Source: the human T2T-CHM13v2.0 reference genome, Homo sapiens. Taken from it: DNA of 64,000 nucleotides. The DNA is taken from assembly GCF_009914755.1 (NCBI RefSeq), contig NC_060942.1; one strand, given 5' to 3'. Of this stretch, positions 1-16,584 are shown piece by piece. Position numbers and translations under genes: made by a program. The notes under the pieces are model-generated. The model saw only the letters and a program-made list of their open reading frames with translations. It had not been told where the DNA came from and ran no database searches. Positions within the stretch are counted from its first letter, which is position 1, and every line of letters starts with the position of its first letter.

Positions 1-210
1 ATGCTAGGTAATTTAAAATAAACGTGAGCATAACTCAAAGATATTTTTTCTGTGAGTCTAATGACAATAACATGCTGAAATTAGACCCACAGAAAAAGAT
101 ACTCTGAGTTACTGCTCTGGTGAACCACAGTGGAAATTAGAATGGCCACATCAAAAATTTAGTATATTTTAATCTTCAACATTTTACATTTCAAAAAGCA
201 CCTGATTTAA

Positions 211-485
<275 letters not shown>

Positions 486-586
486 TAATTTGCCCTTTTA
501 GTTAGCTAATTATGTAAAGAGAAAAAAGCAGTAAGTCAGGCAACTAAATGAATTAGCATTACAGTTTTTTAAGAATACAGACTGTT

Positions 587-970
<384 letters not shown>

Positions 971-1225
971 TTAAAAAAAAAAAAAAGAATACAGACTGCC
1001 AGGAACAAATGTACTTTAAATATTCTGAGGAAAATACATCTATAACTAAGCCAACATAAATACAACTTCTCAATTCTAGCCGAGACACATCATGAATGTA
1101 TTATCAGTAGTAATCTTTACATCCTCATTTTCTATTTACTTTCAGATGTTTACAGGGTATAAGCTTTCAAGTAAGTATTTGGTATATAAAACTTTTAATA
1201 TGAAAAACTTAAAGTATATTCTCAC

Positions 1226-1314
1226 CTGCACTTCTGCTCCATTTCATCTTTTAACTGCATTTCATTATGCAGCTGTTCTTCCAGCTTATAGATTGTTTTT
1301 TGCAAACTTTCCTG
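1226..1314 (-). CDS. ROCK1: ROCK1 exon 12 (89 nt; QESLQKTIYKLEEQLHNEMQLKDEMEQKC)
   Basis: Acceptor ttaaag|CAG, donor CAG|gtgaga; start of the coiled coil. Confidence 0.95.
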
Positions 1315-1459
1315 CTTTAATTTAAAACAAAAACAAAAACTCATTCTACTAAGAATATTTAGACATTTAAAAATATCAAGTCTATGTTAATATTTTAAAC
1401 CTTTTTAGAAAATAATTTAATTTAATCTTACCTCTTTCTATCTCAATTTTTTTATTATT

Positions 1460-2690
1460 AATTTAACAAGCACTTTCTTAACATTTACTAAACGTTAGGC
1501 CATTAGAAATACAAAAATTAAAAAGATTTGGTTCCTGTTCTCATGAAGCAAATAGTTACATAGTGAGGCAAAGTTAAATTGGAAGAGAAAAAAGAAGCTA
1601 CAATGTCCCAAAGACATATACACAAAATATTACAATAGACTGTGGTAAATAATAAAAAAATTATCTACGGAGTGTTCCAAAGGAGAGAAAAGGTCACTTC
1701 TAACTCTGCCAAGAATATATAATCCTTGAGTTGAGGCCTAAAAGATAAGAAGAACTGATAATCTGATAAAGCAAAGAAGGTGGCACAAGAAAGGCATTTT
1801 AGCTAGAATGAACAATGAGCCCAAAAGTAGAAAGGCAGAAGAAAATATGATATATTTGGGAAATGGAAAGAAATCAAGTACTATAGCAGAGCACAGAATG
1901 TAATAGGAAAAACAACTCACATTAAGCCTAAGAAGGTAATGATCCTTGTATGCACAAACTGGAGTTGGGGACTTTACCCCATAAGCATTTTAAATGAGAA
2001 ATGACATAATACTGGCACCTCAGAAACATCACTACAATAATAAGGTTAATGAACAGCTTAGAGGGCAGTGAAGTTCTAAGAAGAGCAACCAGTTAAAAAG
2101 CTATCAAAGCAGTTCAGACAAGAGAATATGGATCTGATAAAAGGCAGAGGCTACAGGAATGAAGAGGAAGTAATGGATAAAGGTATCAATTGGAAAGCAC
2201 AATGTATGACCAAACCGACTGGAAGTTAGAATAGATATAATACCATTATGAAAGACAGCCAACACACTGCTAGGGAGGGAATGGGGACAGGAAAACAGTG
2301 AGTTTAGCTCTGGCCTAGTTTGATATGCCTGAGAAGTATACAGAAGAGAGAGAAAGATTCAGGACTGGAGCTCAGACAAGCAAGCTGGACATGAATGAGA
2401 TTACCTACAGAGAAAGAGCAGAGAGCCAAGATCAGAACTTTGGGAAATGTTAATAATTGAAAGTGAGCAGAGGAGGAAGATCCTGAAAAGAGGATTGAAA
2501 AATAAATAAAATTCAAAAATATGGGAGGTAAAAAAGAGGGAAACAATAGGAACATAGAAGATTTAGAAATGTTTGAAGTTCCAAAGAAGTAGGAAGCAGT
2601 CAGTGTCAAATACAGCAAAGAAGAAAAATAAGATATGGGCTGAAAATCATCCACTGTATTTGGCAATTGCAAAGTTGTTCAATAGCATCT
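1460..2690 (-). mobile_element. L2 fragment (degraded)
   Basis: Begins with the reverse of the L2 3' end (atttaacaagcac...); purine-rich L2-like body. Confidence 0.65.
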
Positions 2691-3489
2691 CTGCTAGGTT
2701 TTCAAGGAAAATTAAATTAGTTGATTTTGTACTTAGTTCTAGGTTGAAATAATTAGTATATCCCCCCTGATATTATTAGAGCAAAAGATAAAGGTAGCAA
2801 CCACTGATAAACTTATGGTAATCACCACTGAACAAAATCAGCCCAAAGAAAACATGAATCCTTTGAATATTTTTGAAGGCCGAAGGCACTTCTAACTCTA
2901 CAGTCAAGTAACACAGTGAGAGCTGACTTACAGCAACTCCTTATTATTACGTAGGTCAAAGATTTTTGAGCCCTTGTTAGCAATACATAACTTGCCAAAC
3001 AGCTCTACTGGGATTAAAATTTAAGAGAAAGATGAACTTAACACCAAATGAGTACTCATATAGTTCCTTCACCTTTTTCTCATTTTCCCTTTTCACCGCA
3101 TGTTCTCTTATATTTAAGAGTCAATATATCAAGGAGAAAGAAAAGAATCATTATCAGCTTTTTAAAAATGGCTGCTACCTCTTCCTCTCCTCTGTTAAAA
3201 ATATGTAGGCTTGCAATGTCTCTGTGCCCCCCCACAAAAAAATGTAGGCTATAGTAGACAAAAAGTTCAAAGAATGCTCTAGGAATGGACAGATAATTAC
3301 TCTGGATATTTTTCAGAAAATTCCTGTTAACCCAAAAGGACCTTCTGAAATGTAAGCAAGTAAGATTTTGTTTTACCTCTGTGTCAGAACATGAGCTATA
3401 TAAACAACAGAAAGAACTCAACTAAAATGTATTTTCTGGAGTAATATACTTCTCAGTGGACAAATTAAGATGATGCTAACTATACTGGT

Positions 3490-4412
3490 TATTCTCCATT
3501 TCCCCCATTCCCTTCTAACCTTGAAAATTCATCCTCTGCTCTTCTTTGCCTTAAAATCTACAGATTGCATTGCCTGTATTACTCTGTAGCCCTATGATTT
3601 TAAGGTTGGTTTCAACCCACAGGAGACACCAGCAGAAATCTGAAGGTAAAAGAAAGAAATATTCATTTCCCTACACCCTTTGTGCTTTACTGTGGTTTTC
3701 ACAATGCTCTACGTTTTATATTCCTCTTCTATGATGTCAGGCTTTCTCTGAGCTACGATAAGATTTTCTCTCTTTGCTCCTTCAGTATAGGGCAATGGCT
3801 TCCCACTCTTGTTCATACATGGGTGCTTTAGTACCCTTTATTGTTTCCCTCTACTGATGTTCACAGCATGTTAATCATCCCTTCATTAAACTCTTGATTT
3901 AATAAATGCAAAAATATGGTGTGTGTGTATATATGTGTGTGTGTGTGTATATATATGTATGCAATGGAATATTACTCAGCCTTAAACACGAAGGAAATTT
4001 TAATATATACTACAACATGGATGAACCTTGAAGACATTATGCTACATGAAATAAGCCAGTCACATATGGATAAATATTGTATGATTCCACCTCATATGAG
4101 GTACCTGGAATAGGCAAATTCATTGAGACAGAAAGTAGAACAGTGGTTACCAGGAGCTGGGGGGAGGGTGAAATGAGGAGTTACTGTTTAATTGGTATAG
4201 ATTTTTAGTTTGGGATGATGAAAAGGTTCTAGAGATGGATGGCAGTGATGGCTGCACAACTATGTGAAGGTGCTTAATGCCACCGAACTGCACACTTAAA
4301 AATGATTAAAACGGTAAATTTCATGTTACGTATATTTGCCATACACACAAAACTCTCTGTTTAAATATTTTGAACATGTAATCTGTTTGCCTGTCAAGAC
4401 CCTTAATGATAC
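3490..4412 (+). mobile_element. ERVL-type LTR (LTR33/LTR16-like), split by an L1MB insertion
   Basis: Motifs caccagcagaaatctg and cccttcattaaactct, ...tgataca end; aaactct repeated on both sides of the L1. Confidence 0.5.
3900..4350 (+). mobile_element. L1MB 3' end
   Basis: caatggaatattactcagcc...acatggatgaaccttgaagacattatgc...aatgccaccgaactgcacacttaaaaatg. Confidence 0.85.
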
Positions 4413-4694
4413 ATTGATATATCATAGTTCCTGATTCCGAAGATTAAAAAAGATGACCACTGTCAATCTGTGTAACAATTTAGTTTACTAACTGCCTCCA
4501 AATATATTATTCCATTTGATATTTGAGCAAAAAATCAGACTGAAAAGGAGATGGGAGATGAAAGTGCCATAAAAATCTAAGTTCAGCTAACCACAGCTTC
4601 ACAAACAATATATAAATTTACTATCATACCCACAAATATATTATCCACAAAACAATTTTAAAAACAATTTTCTTAATACTAAGAAAATACCTAC

Positions 4695-4755
4695 CAAGCT
4701 TTTATCTGCATTGGAGCTAGTTCTGTTATCATTAGGATTTGCTGAAGATAAGTAT
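4695..4755 (-). CDS. ROCK1: ROCK1 exon 11 (61 nt; RYLSSANPNDNRTSSNADKSL)
   Basis: Long pyrimidine tract then ccctcag|ATA, donor TTG|gtaggt. Confidence 0.96.
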
Positions 4756-5507
4756 CTGAGGGAAAGAAAAGTTTAAAAAGAAAAGAAAACAAAAAACTCT
4801 GTAATATCCCATGACAACCAATAATAAATACTACACGCCTATTTTATGTTCAGTTATAGTAACTTTGTTTTTAAAAATTAAGTATAGGTTCATAATTTTT
4901 ATAAACATAATTCAGAAATGATACATATATTAAATAAAACACCCAGTTAGGTCTAAAAATAGTAGCAGCCTGTAAACATATGACTTAATATTCCTGCAGC
5001 AAAACATAAGAATATTCATACCAAGTAGGATAAATAAAAACCATAGTCTCAAGTTAGTTCAGATTAGGCTTTCTGGTCATGAGAGCAGGTTATGACAGGT
5101 TTTTCCACCAAACAAATAACTTAAAAACATTCAGTTTTCAGAGCTTTTTGTATATAAGAATTGGGGGTAAGAAACTGCTGACTTCTGCAGACATATGCAT
5201 AACCACCTCTCCTGCACCCAACTATCCTTCAGCAAAGCATAATATTGCCTCTTCGGGTCAAAAAAGTTTTTGCCTATGTGGGTGAAATAACAGAACCAAA
5301 GTTTAGGTGATGCTGCTAATCTTTTGGGACTCCCAGCCTTGCAGAGTTCTTTAAATTCAGTGTAAAGTTAGAATTGTATATAAATAAAGCTATTAGTGAA
5401 CTAATTTAGAGGTCTTTTTTAGATGTCTCACAAGATTCTCAAACAATCTAAATAGATCATATATGTAAACAATTTTTTAAGCTACCAAATATTATATAAA
5501 GGTAAGG

Positions 5508-5598
5508 TACTAGTACTGCCAGTGTTGCTCCTACTGCCACCATGCTACGACTACCATAATCACTACTTCTACCATCACCACCACTACAGTCAGCACCC
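5508..5598. repeat. Degenerate (CCA/CTA)n trinucleotide tract
   Basis: ctactgccaccatgctacgactaccat...accatcaccaccactac. Confidence 0.6.
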
Positions 5599-6512
5599 TG
5601 ATTAACCAGTAGAGCTATTGCAAAAGGAGATCAAATAGTTACAGTATACTTCATAGCTATTGGAGGCATGTGTTAACACACCAGATATTAATAATGTTCC
5701 AAAAGAACAGTTTAAGTAAATTTTAAAAATTAGTGAATAACAGAAGATAATCAAGTATCCATTAAGTATCAATAAACATACACAGTACAATGGTACTATA
5801 AAAGAAACAGCTAGAAATATGCCACTTCCTAGGTTTTCCTTGAAAAATTATTCAGATCAAATGGAGATTCAAATAACTTTAAGACAATAATAGGGGCTGT
5901 GTAGCAGCTTTATAGAGGAAAAGTCCCATATAACAAATGACAAATTCTAGGTGTGGTGCAATTTAATTCCATTGACTACTAAGCATCTCAGAAATTCAAT
6001 GTGAGATTCTGCTTATGTAATATAAATAAGGCATATAGCAATGCCAGTGGCATCTAAATTAGATGAGACTGTTTCATCTCTAAGATATTTTCTAAACTTA
6101 ACATGCTATGTGACTGAGACTGACATTTTAGTCTTCTGCAAAATTAGTAATATAAGCTTGAATGCAGCAAAGGAAATGTAAGGACATCACTTGTATACAT
6201 CCATTAATTCTTCCACCTTCTGTCTTTTCTCTATCAAGGTACATTTGCATATTATATTGGTGCTTTTACATAGAATCTGGTCATTTAGGTAACTTTTTAC
6301 AAAACGGGAGTTACTATATTAGGAATATAGCTTAAGGCTATTTTAAAAATCATGTTTAATTCAGCTATAATTAAGCAACAATGATTTCTGCCCTTGGTAT
6401 TAAAAGTATATCTGGATTTCAGGGATAAGAATTTCAGAGGTTTTCTATTTCATATCTGTATATTCAAAATTATGCTTACATATTACAATAAAGCTAATCA
6501 ATATTTTGCCAG

Positions 6513-6815
6513 GGCCAGGTGCAGTGGCTCACACCTGTAATCCGCTGGGATTACTTTGGGAGGCCAAGGTGGGTGGATCACTTGAGGCCAGGGGTTTGAG
6601 ACCAGCCTGGCCAACAGCCTGGCCAACATGGCAAAACCCCATCTCTAATAAAAATACAAAGATTAGCCAGGCATGGTGGTACGCACCTGTAATCCCAGCT
6701 ACTCAGAGGCTGAGGCACAAGAATCACTTGAACCCAGGAGGCAGAGATTGCAGTGAGCCAAGATCACACCACCGCACTCCAGCCTCAGCGACAGAGTGAG
6801 ACTCTTGTTTCAAAA
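6513..6815 (+). mobile_element. AluS (Sx/Sz-like) with small internal rearrangements
   Basis: Full dimeric Alu. Confidence 0.9.
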
Positions 6816-7167
6816 ATATATATATATTTTGTTGGTTCTTTCTTTATGAACAGCAACCGTACCTTTGCCTGTTCAGGTAGTAAGTGATTACTTAAAAAAT
6901 ACTATATTTATTTGTCAATAGGCTGTGACAGTTAAGAACACAGTATAATTTCTACTTTTAAGAAACTTAAAAATTAGTTTGGGCCATAAAACATGAATAC
7001 GAAGAAAAGCTAGAGAACATAATCAAGTGCATGATAATGTAGGACAAATAGTATAATAAATGTTTATTTAACTGAAGGTTACCATTATACAGAGAAACCT
7101 AAATAAAGTTATTAACTGCTGGACTCTACTACAGAAAATACAAAAACATTGGCGGTTGTTTATATCA

Positions 7168-7613
<446 letters not shown>

Positions 7614-8005
7614 TTATACTCACAGAGTGTTAGGGAGGAAAAAAAGATAAGTGCCAGCTATCTCATTGATGTTGCAACAAAAAGTATTAAGTACTATCTT
7701 ACAGTGGATTACTGAAGAAGTTTCAAAAAGCCGGACTAAATTGTCTTTTTGTTTTCTAAGATTAACTTGAATGGCTCTTACACTAAAATGACAAGACCCT
7801 TCACTTTAAAATAAGATTAGTTATAATGACCTCAAATGTAATAATTTACTCCAAGCCAATCAGTTATCTGATACCATTCCAAAGGAGTATAATTTGATTA
7901 GAAGTACATATTTTTGAGGTAATTAAAAGTAGATTTAACCCACCCAGTAAGTGTTATCATATAGTTCAATGCATTATACTGGTATAGCACTTTGTTTAGA
8001 TTTCT

Positions 8006-8313
8006 TTTTCTTTCTTTTTTTTTTTTTTTTTGAGACAGAGTCTCGCTCCATTGCCCAGGCTGGAGTGCAGTGGCGTGATCTAGGCTCACTGTAACCTCCG
8101 CCCCCCAGGTTGAAGCGATTCTCCTGCCTCAGTCTCCCAAGTAGCTGGGATTACAGGCATACGCCACGACACCTGGCTAATTTTTGTATTTTTAGTAGAG
8201 ACGGGGTTTCACCACATTGGCCAGGCTAGTCACGAACTCTTGACCTCAAGTGACCTGCCCACCTTGGCTTCCCAAACTGCTGCGATTACAGGCGTGAGCC
8301 ACCGTGCCTGGCC
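8006..8313 (-). mobile_element. AluSx-like
   Basis: Reverse Alu with poly-T; TSD agatttct. Confidence 0.9.
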
Positions 8314-8574
8314 GAGATTTCTACTATGTAGTTCTTACTAACCTACATTGCACAATTTATGCATTTCTCACCAAGATGTGAGCATCTCAAGAGAAGGCAC
8401 TGTATCTTATTCATCCTTCTCCATGCAATTTGGTGCTCAGTATATACCTGACAAATAATAAGTTATCAAAGATATCTGTGGAATGAATGAATGCTCAGCA
8501 CACTAAAATAATGTTAAATGTTTAACTTAAATCTCAAGTACATTAGAGTAAAGCTAACATGAACTCATACTAAT

Positions 8575-8770
8575 GGTAATAATAGTTAACACTGAGTGCT
8601 TACACCATGCAAAGCCCTCTTCTAAGTGCTGTACTGTGTTTTAATTTACTTAAACCTTATAACAATCCTATGAGGTAAGTAGGCAAGCAGTATTATTGTT
8701 ATTATCATCATCCCTATTTTTGAGGAAATGGAGGCATAAAAGGCCAAAGTTATTTGTCCAAGGTCACAGT
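8575..8770 (-). mobile_element. MIR
   Basis: aacaatcctatgaggta...gaggaaatggaggc...tgtccaaggtcacag core. Confidence 0.75.
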
Positions 8771-8803
8771 GGAGGTAATACTACATTTTATAACACATGG
8801 TAA

Positions 8804-9135
<332 letters not shown>

Positions 9136-9210
9136 CACTTAATTTTTGAAGAGCTAAAAATTGATACAGCATCAATATGGTGATGATAATGCTAGAAAAG
9201 TCTACATGCT

Positions 9211-9568
<358 letters not shown>

Positions 9569-9849
9569 TCAAAATATCAGTATTTATGGCATTTTTTGAC
9601 CTATTAATTGTTGTAACTTGAGGATATATAGTATATCATTTAGCAAAAAAATTTTGAAAAACAATGTCCTAAACATGGATGAGTCCAAGAGAAATTAAAT
9701 ATGAAATACTGGAAATATCATGCATCAATGAAAAATTGCATAATAAGGTGTATCTTTATATAGCATTAAATCTACTTTAAAAATGATTTTTAGATATTTC
9801 TAAGAACAAAATCAGCACTTACTCCTATAATCACTGTTTAGCATACTTA

Positions 9850-10035
<186 letters not shown>

Positions 10036-11330
10036 TCACTTCAAACTTAAAATACAAGTAAAGTGAAGCACATTCCATACCAACTACTGATGGTTTCTCT
10101 CTTATAAAACCTTGCAAACCACAAATTCCACCTGGCTTGAATCCTATTACATCAAGCTTTACCAGGACTAAAAATCAACTGATAATTGATCATTATGTAA
10201 TTCTATGAAACAATTATCTTCAAAGTCACCTATAATTATCTATACCTTGGGTTTAACTTGACTATTACAAATCAAGTATTACTAAGGTTTGTTTTAGAAT
10301 GTACCAAGGTATAAAATACACAAAAGCATTCGGGACTACAGAAAAGACTTTTTAGAAACTAAAGCATAACAAACTGTACTCGAAAAAATTGTTTAGCTTT
10401 AAATATAGTATTTTTTGGTTAATCTGCTGTATAGTAAACCAGAAATTAAGGTTACTTCTTAGCTTCCTGGACATCATAATTTGGTACTGAAATATTTTTA
10501 CTCACTCAGAATCCAGATGATCAATACTCCTTTCTCCCACCCCAATATCTCCATAAGATTAAGCCACAGGAGCAATGGATTTGGAATTGTATTTTCAGAC
10601 TAGCTACCTCTAGAATCAAGTGATTAAGACTAATGCAGTGAGGTATTTATGATATCATTGTTAATAAAAAAGGGCAGTAATATAAAAAATGGATATGACA
10701 TCTTCAAGAATTATAAATTTGATGTGGACCAAGTCTTCCAGATACTTAATAATATAAAACCGTATGTGACAACGTTTAAATATTCATAATATAGGAGAAA
10801 ATTCCATATAAAACTAATACTACTAACATCTATTTTTGGGGCTTGAATGTTACAAGGGGTACATCTAAAAATAAATTCTAAGAAAATAAAATTTTAAGAA
10901 AATTTATTTTTTAGCTTAAAGATACTGTAGTATAATAAAACATCCCTGAATTATGATCATCAAAATACTAAAAAATTATTTTAGGTACAATAACCTCATG
11001 TTCTTTTAGGGAAAAGGAATCAATTTTCTTTTCAATCACCTGGGTATTTCAGGCAAGAAATACCTATTCTTGTGCCATCTGAGACACAGTAAATTAATAT
11101 TTAGGGAACGAAACAACACATTTAGCCAAATGAAGCTGTAGTACTAACAGTAACACAAGAGGGATATTAGGGCTTTTCCACCATTCCACTTTCCTTAATG
11201 GCCAACAGAACTGTCTGATTAGACATGGCCAGCTTTCTAATATTTGTAAAATGAGGTGAAAACACTAAACAGTTGCCGCCCTTGGGAAATACAGAAGTTA
11301 ATTATGGTCTTGGCATACATTTTATGTTAA

Positions 11331-11535
11331 AAGAGTGATCTCAATCAGAGACACTTTTGCCTGCTGGAAGGTGTTCAGCAATGTCTGGGTACATATTCTG
11401 GTTGTCATTAATGGGAAAAAAGGTGTTACTAGCACCTAATGAGTACAGTCATAGGATGCCACTAAACATCCTTAAGTTTAGGATAATCCCCACAAAAAGA
11501 ATGATCTGTCAACTGCTAAAGCTCAGAAAACCTGC
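11331..11535. mobile_element. MER20 (hAT-Charlie)
   Basis: gcaatgtctgg...tggttgtca...ggatgccactaaacatcct...ccccacaaaaagaatgatctg. Confidence 0.7.
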
Positions 11536-12399
11536 TTTAAAATTATATCAGAAAGAGAGAACAGAGTAAGTGTGCTGCATTTTCTCTTGCTGTTTCTGAT
11601 GGACCTACTCTTTTTATAAATGACACTATTTCACAGTAGTTCTAAAATGACAAATTCTCACCTGTTTAAATTCTGAGATACAAGTGGGGAAAATATTGGA
11701 AGAGTTATAAAAATAATTATTTCTGCTTCTAAATTAAGATGCTTAGGCTTTATATAATGCCATTTAATCACTTCAGAACTAATAAGAATAAAGATAACTA
11801 TGGAATAAACATCAGTATATATTTGTTTAAAAATTTGTTTTCATTAAATAACTGTTAATTTAGAAATCATGTTCCATAAAAAAGAGTCCAGCAGATGTTG
11901 TCAAAAATGGCAGAGTAGGGAACTCAAAGAAATCATACCTCCACTGAAGCAACCATTGAGTTGGCAAAAACGACCAGAGCAACTTTCTGAGAACTCTGGA
12001 ATCTAATAAAAAACTAATAACAAGCAAGGAGTGTTTAATGAAGAAAGAGGCTATAAAAATTTGGCATTTAAGGAAATCTCTGTCACTGGCTGAGATAATG
12101 AAATGGAGATTTCAGTGAATACACATGACAAGGAATACAGATTTTGCAAAATTAGTTTGGAAAAGTCACTAAATGAATGAATGACTGCAGCCCACAACAA
12201 GCAACAACCGCAAGCCCTGGGGGAAAGAGGAAGAATCTGATTTCCAGAGTTACAACACTGTAATATCCAAAATGTCCCTCTTAGAAGGATACAGCTGCTT
12301 TAAAACAATGTCCAGTTTACAACAAAAAATTACAAAGCATGTAAAGAAGCAAGAAAATATGGGCCATTCACAGGGAATATAGAAAAATGTTAGAAACCA

Positions 12400-12780
<381 letters not shown>

Positions 12781-13581
12781 TCAAAAAGCAAATGAACACT
12801 ATGGATGAAGTACCAGGAAGATGATGACTTAACAAAGAAAAAATATCATGAAAGAGATCGAAAATAGAACCAAATAGAAATTCTAGCACTGAAAAGTACA
12901 ATAGCTGAAGTTAAAATTTCACTAGAAGGCTTCAACAGCAGATCTGAACAGGCAGAGGAAAAAAAACCAGTGAACTTGAAGATAGGACAAATGAAATTAT
13001 CAAGTGTGAGGAACAGAAAGAAAAAGGATGAAAAAGTGAACAGAGACTAAGGAAACTGTGGCATCAACCAGACCAACATACACATTATGGGAGTTCCAGA
13101 AGGAGAGAAAGGGGCAGAAAGACTATTTGAAGAAATAATGGCCAAACCTTTCCAAATCTGGTAAAAGATATAAATCTACACATCCAAGAAGCTGAATGCC
13201 AACTATGAAAAACTCCAAAAGCTCCACATGAAGACACATCATAATCACATGCCATAATCAAACTGTCTTAACTCAAAGCCATATGAAGAAGAAAAAGGAG
13301 TATCAGTAAAGGTAACTATTTAGATAAATGTAAACAGAAGCAGGTTTTTAAGCTACTCAAAGTAAACTGGTATCAATTCAACCTAGATTGTTTTCAATTT
13401 AGAATGTTAAGTGTAATTCCACGTTAACTAATAAGAAAATGACTAAAAAATATACAGAAAAGGAAAAGAAGAAGGAATCAAAATAGCATACTAGGGGAAA
13501 AAACTAAACACAAAAGAAAGCAATAATGTATTAGCTGAGGAATAAAAAGGAAATATATGACATAGAAAACAAATAGGAAAG

Positions 13582-13909
<328 letters not shown>

Positions 13910-13992
13910 TAGATAACTTAGATGAAATAGAGACATTCCTAGAAAACACAGGCTGACAAAATCTATTTTAAAAGAAATAAAGAATCAAAATA

Positions 13993-14292
13993 GGGCCATA
14001 GTGGCTCACACCTGTAACCCTAGCACTTTGGAAGGCCAAGGGAGGGTGGCTTAAGACCAGGAGTTTGAAACCAGTCTGGGCAACATAGCAAGACCCCAGC
14101 TCTACAGAAAATTAAAAGAAAATTAGCCAGGTGTGGTGACACATGACCGTGGTCCTAGCTACTCAGGAGGCTGAGGCAGGAGGATCCCTTGGGTCTGAGA
14201 GTTCAAAAATACAGTGAGCTAAGATCGTGGCACTGCATTCCAGCCTGGGCAACAGAGCAAGACCTTATCTCTATTAAAAAAATAAAATAAAA
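13993..14292 (+). mobile_element. AluJ
   Basis: gggcaacatagcaagaccc and ggaggatccctt diagnostics. Confidence 0.88.
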
Positions 14293-14811
14293 TGAAGAAA
14301 AAAAACCCATATGATCATTTCAGTTGTCATACAAAAAGCATTTGACAAACACAACACCCCTTCATGATTGAAAACACCTGGCCAACAAGGACTAGAGAGG
14401 AACTTCCTCAATATGATAAAGGACATTAATGAAAATCCCACAGCTAACATTATATTCAGCGGTGAAAGACTAAAAGCTTCCCCCTATGACCAGGAACAGA
14501 CAAGGTGCCCACTTCTACCACTGCTATTCAACACTTTACTGGAAGCTCTAGTCTGAGTAATTAGGCAAGAATGATAAATAAAAGGCATATAAATTGGAAA
14601 AGAAGAAGTAAAACTATCTCTATTTGCAGGTGACATGATCCTATCATAGAAAACCCTAAAGGAGCTACAAAAGAATATATTAGAGGTAATAGACAAATTC
14701 AACAAAATTGCAGGTTACAAGATCAGAAATAAAAGTTCTACTTCTATATACTAGCAATAAACAATATGAAAAGAAAATTAAGGGAACAATTCCATTTAAA
14801 ATAATGTCAAA

Positions 14812-15138
<327 letters not shown>

Positions 15139-16446
15139 TCAAAAAGAAATACCTAGGAACAAATTTAACCAAGGAGGTGTAAGGCTTATGCACCAAAAAC
15201 TTAAAAACGTTGCTGAAATTAAAGAAGGCTTAAATAAATGGGGACACATCCTGTGTTCATGGACTGGAAAAGATAACATTGTTAAGATGATAATACTACC
15301 CAAAGTAATTTAAAGATTCAATGCAATCTCCATCAAAATCCCTATGTCCTTTTTGGCAAAGACGTAAAAACCCATTATAAAATTCATATGAAATCTCATG
15401 AGATCCCAAATAGTCAAAACAATTTTGAAAAAGAACGAAGTTGAAAGACTCACATTTCCTGATTTCAAAACTTACTACAGAGCTACCATAATCATACAGT
15501 GTGGTACCAACATAAAAACAAACTTATACAGATCAATGGAATACAACAAAAACCCCACAAATAAACCCTCATGTATATGGTTTAATGATTGATACAAGGT
15601 GCCAACAACTTTCAATGCAGGGAAAGGACAGTCCTTTCAACACATAGTGTTAGGAAAACTGGATATCCACATACAAAAATGTTAAATTGGACCCTTACTA
15701 TACACTATATAAAAATTAATTCACAATGGGTCAAAGACCTAAACATACTAGCTGAAACTATAAAATTCAAAGAAAACATAGGTAAGACATTTCATGACAT
15801 TGGATTTGGCAATGATTTCTTAAATACGAAGCCAAAGATACAAGCAACAAAAGAAGAAATAAACCAGATCTCATCAAAATTAAAAATTTTGTGCTTGAAA
15901 GCACTAATAACAGAGTGCAGAGAATAGAAAATATCTGCAAACCATGTATCTGATAAGAGATTAATATCCAAAATTTTTAAAGAACTCCTATAACTCAACA
16001 ACAACAAAAAAACCAAACCACCAAATTTTAAAATGGGCAAAGAACTTGAATAGAAATCTCTCAAGAGAAGATATACGAATGGCCAATAAGCAACATGACA
16101 AGATGTTTACCATTCCTGGTCATTAGAGAAATGCTAATCAAAGCCACAATGAGATACCACTTCACATCCATTAGGATGACTACTATTTAAACACAAAAAA
16201 CAAACAAACAAAACAGAAAAGAACAAATGCTGGAGATGTGGAGAAACCAGACCCATGTGCACTGCCGTTGGGAATGTGAAACGGTGCAAACATTGTGGAT
16301 ACTATTATGGCGTTTCCTCAAAAAAATTAAACATATGGCTGAGCGTGGTGGCTCACGTCTGCAATCCCAGCACTTTGGTGCACTGCTGCTGGGAATGTGA
16401 AATGGTGCAAATGTTGTGAATGTTATGGCATTTCCTCAAAACATTA

Positions 16447-16584
<138 letters not shown>

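Noticed and set aside
1092-1325. Plus-strand ORFs overlapping ROCK1 exons (also 26217-26626)
   Set aside because: Antisense shadows of coding exons or Alu; no independent gene signal.
10865-10915. AT-rich imperfect inverted repeat
   Set aside because: Low complexity; expected by chance at this AT content.
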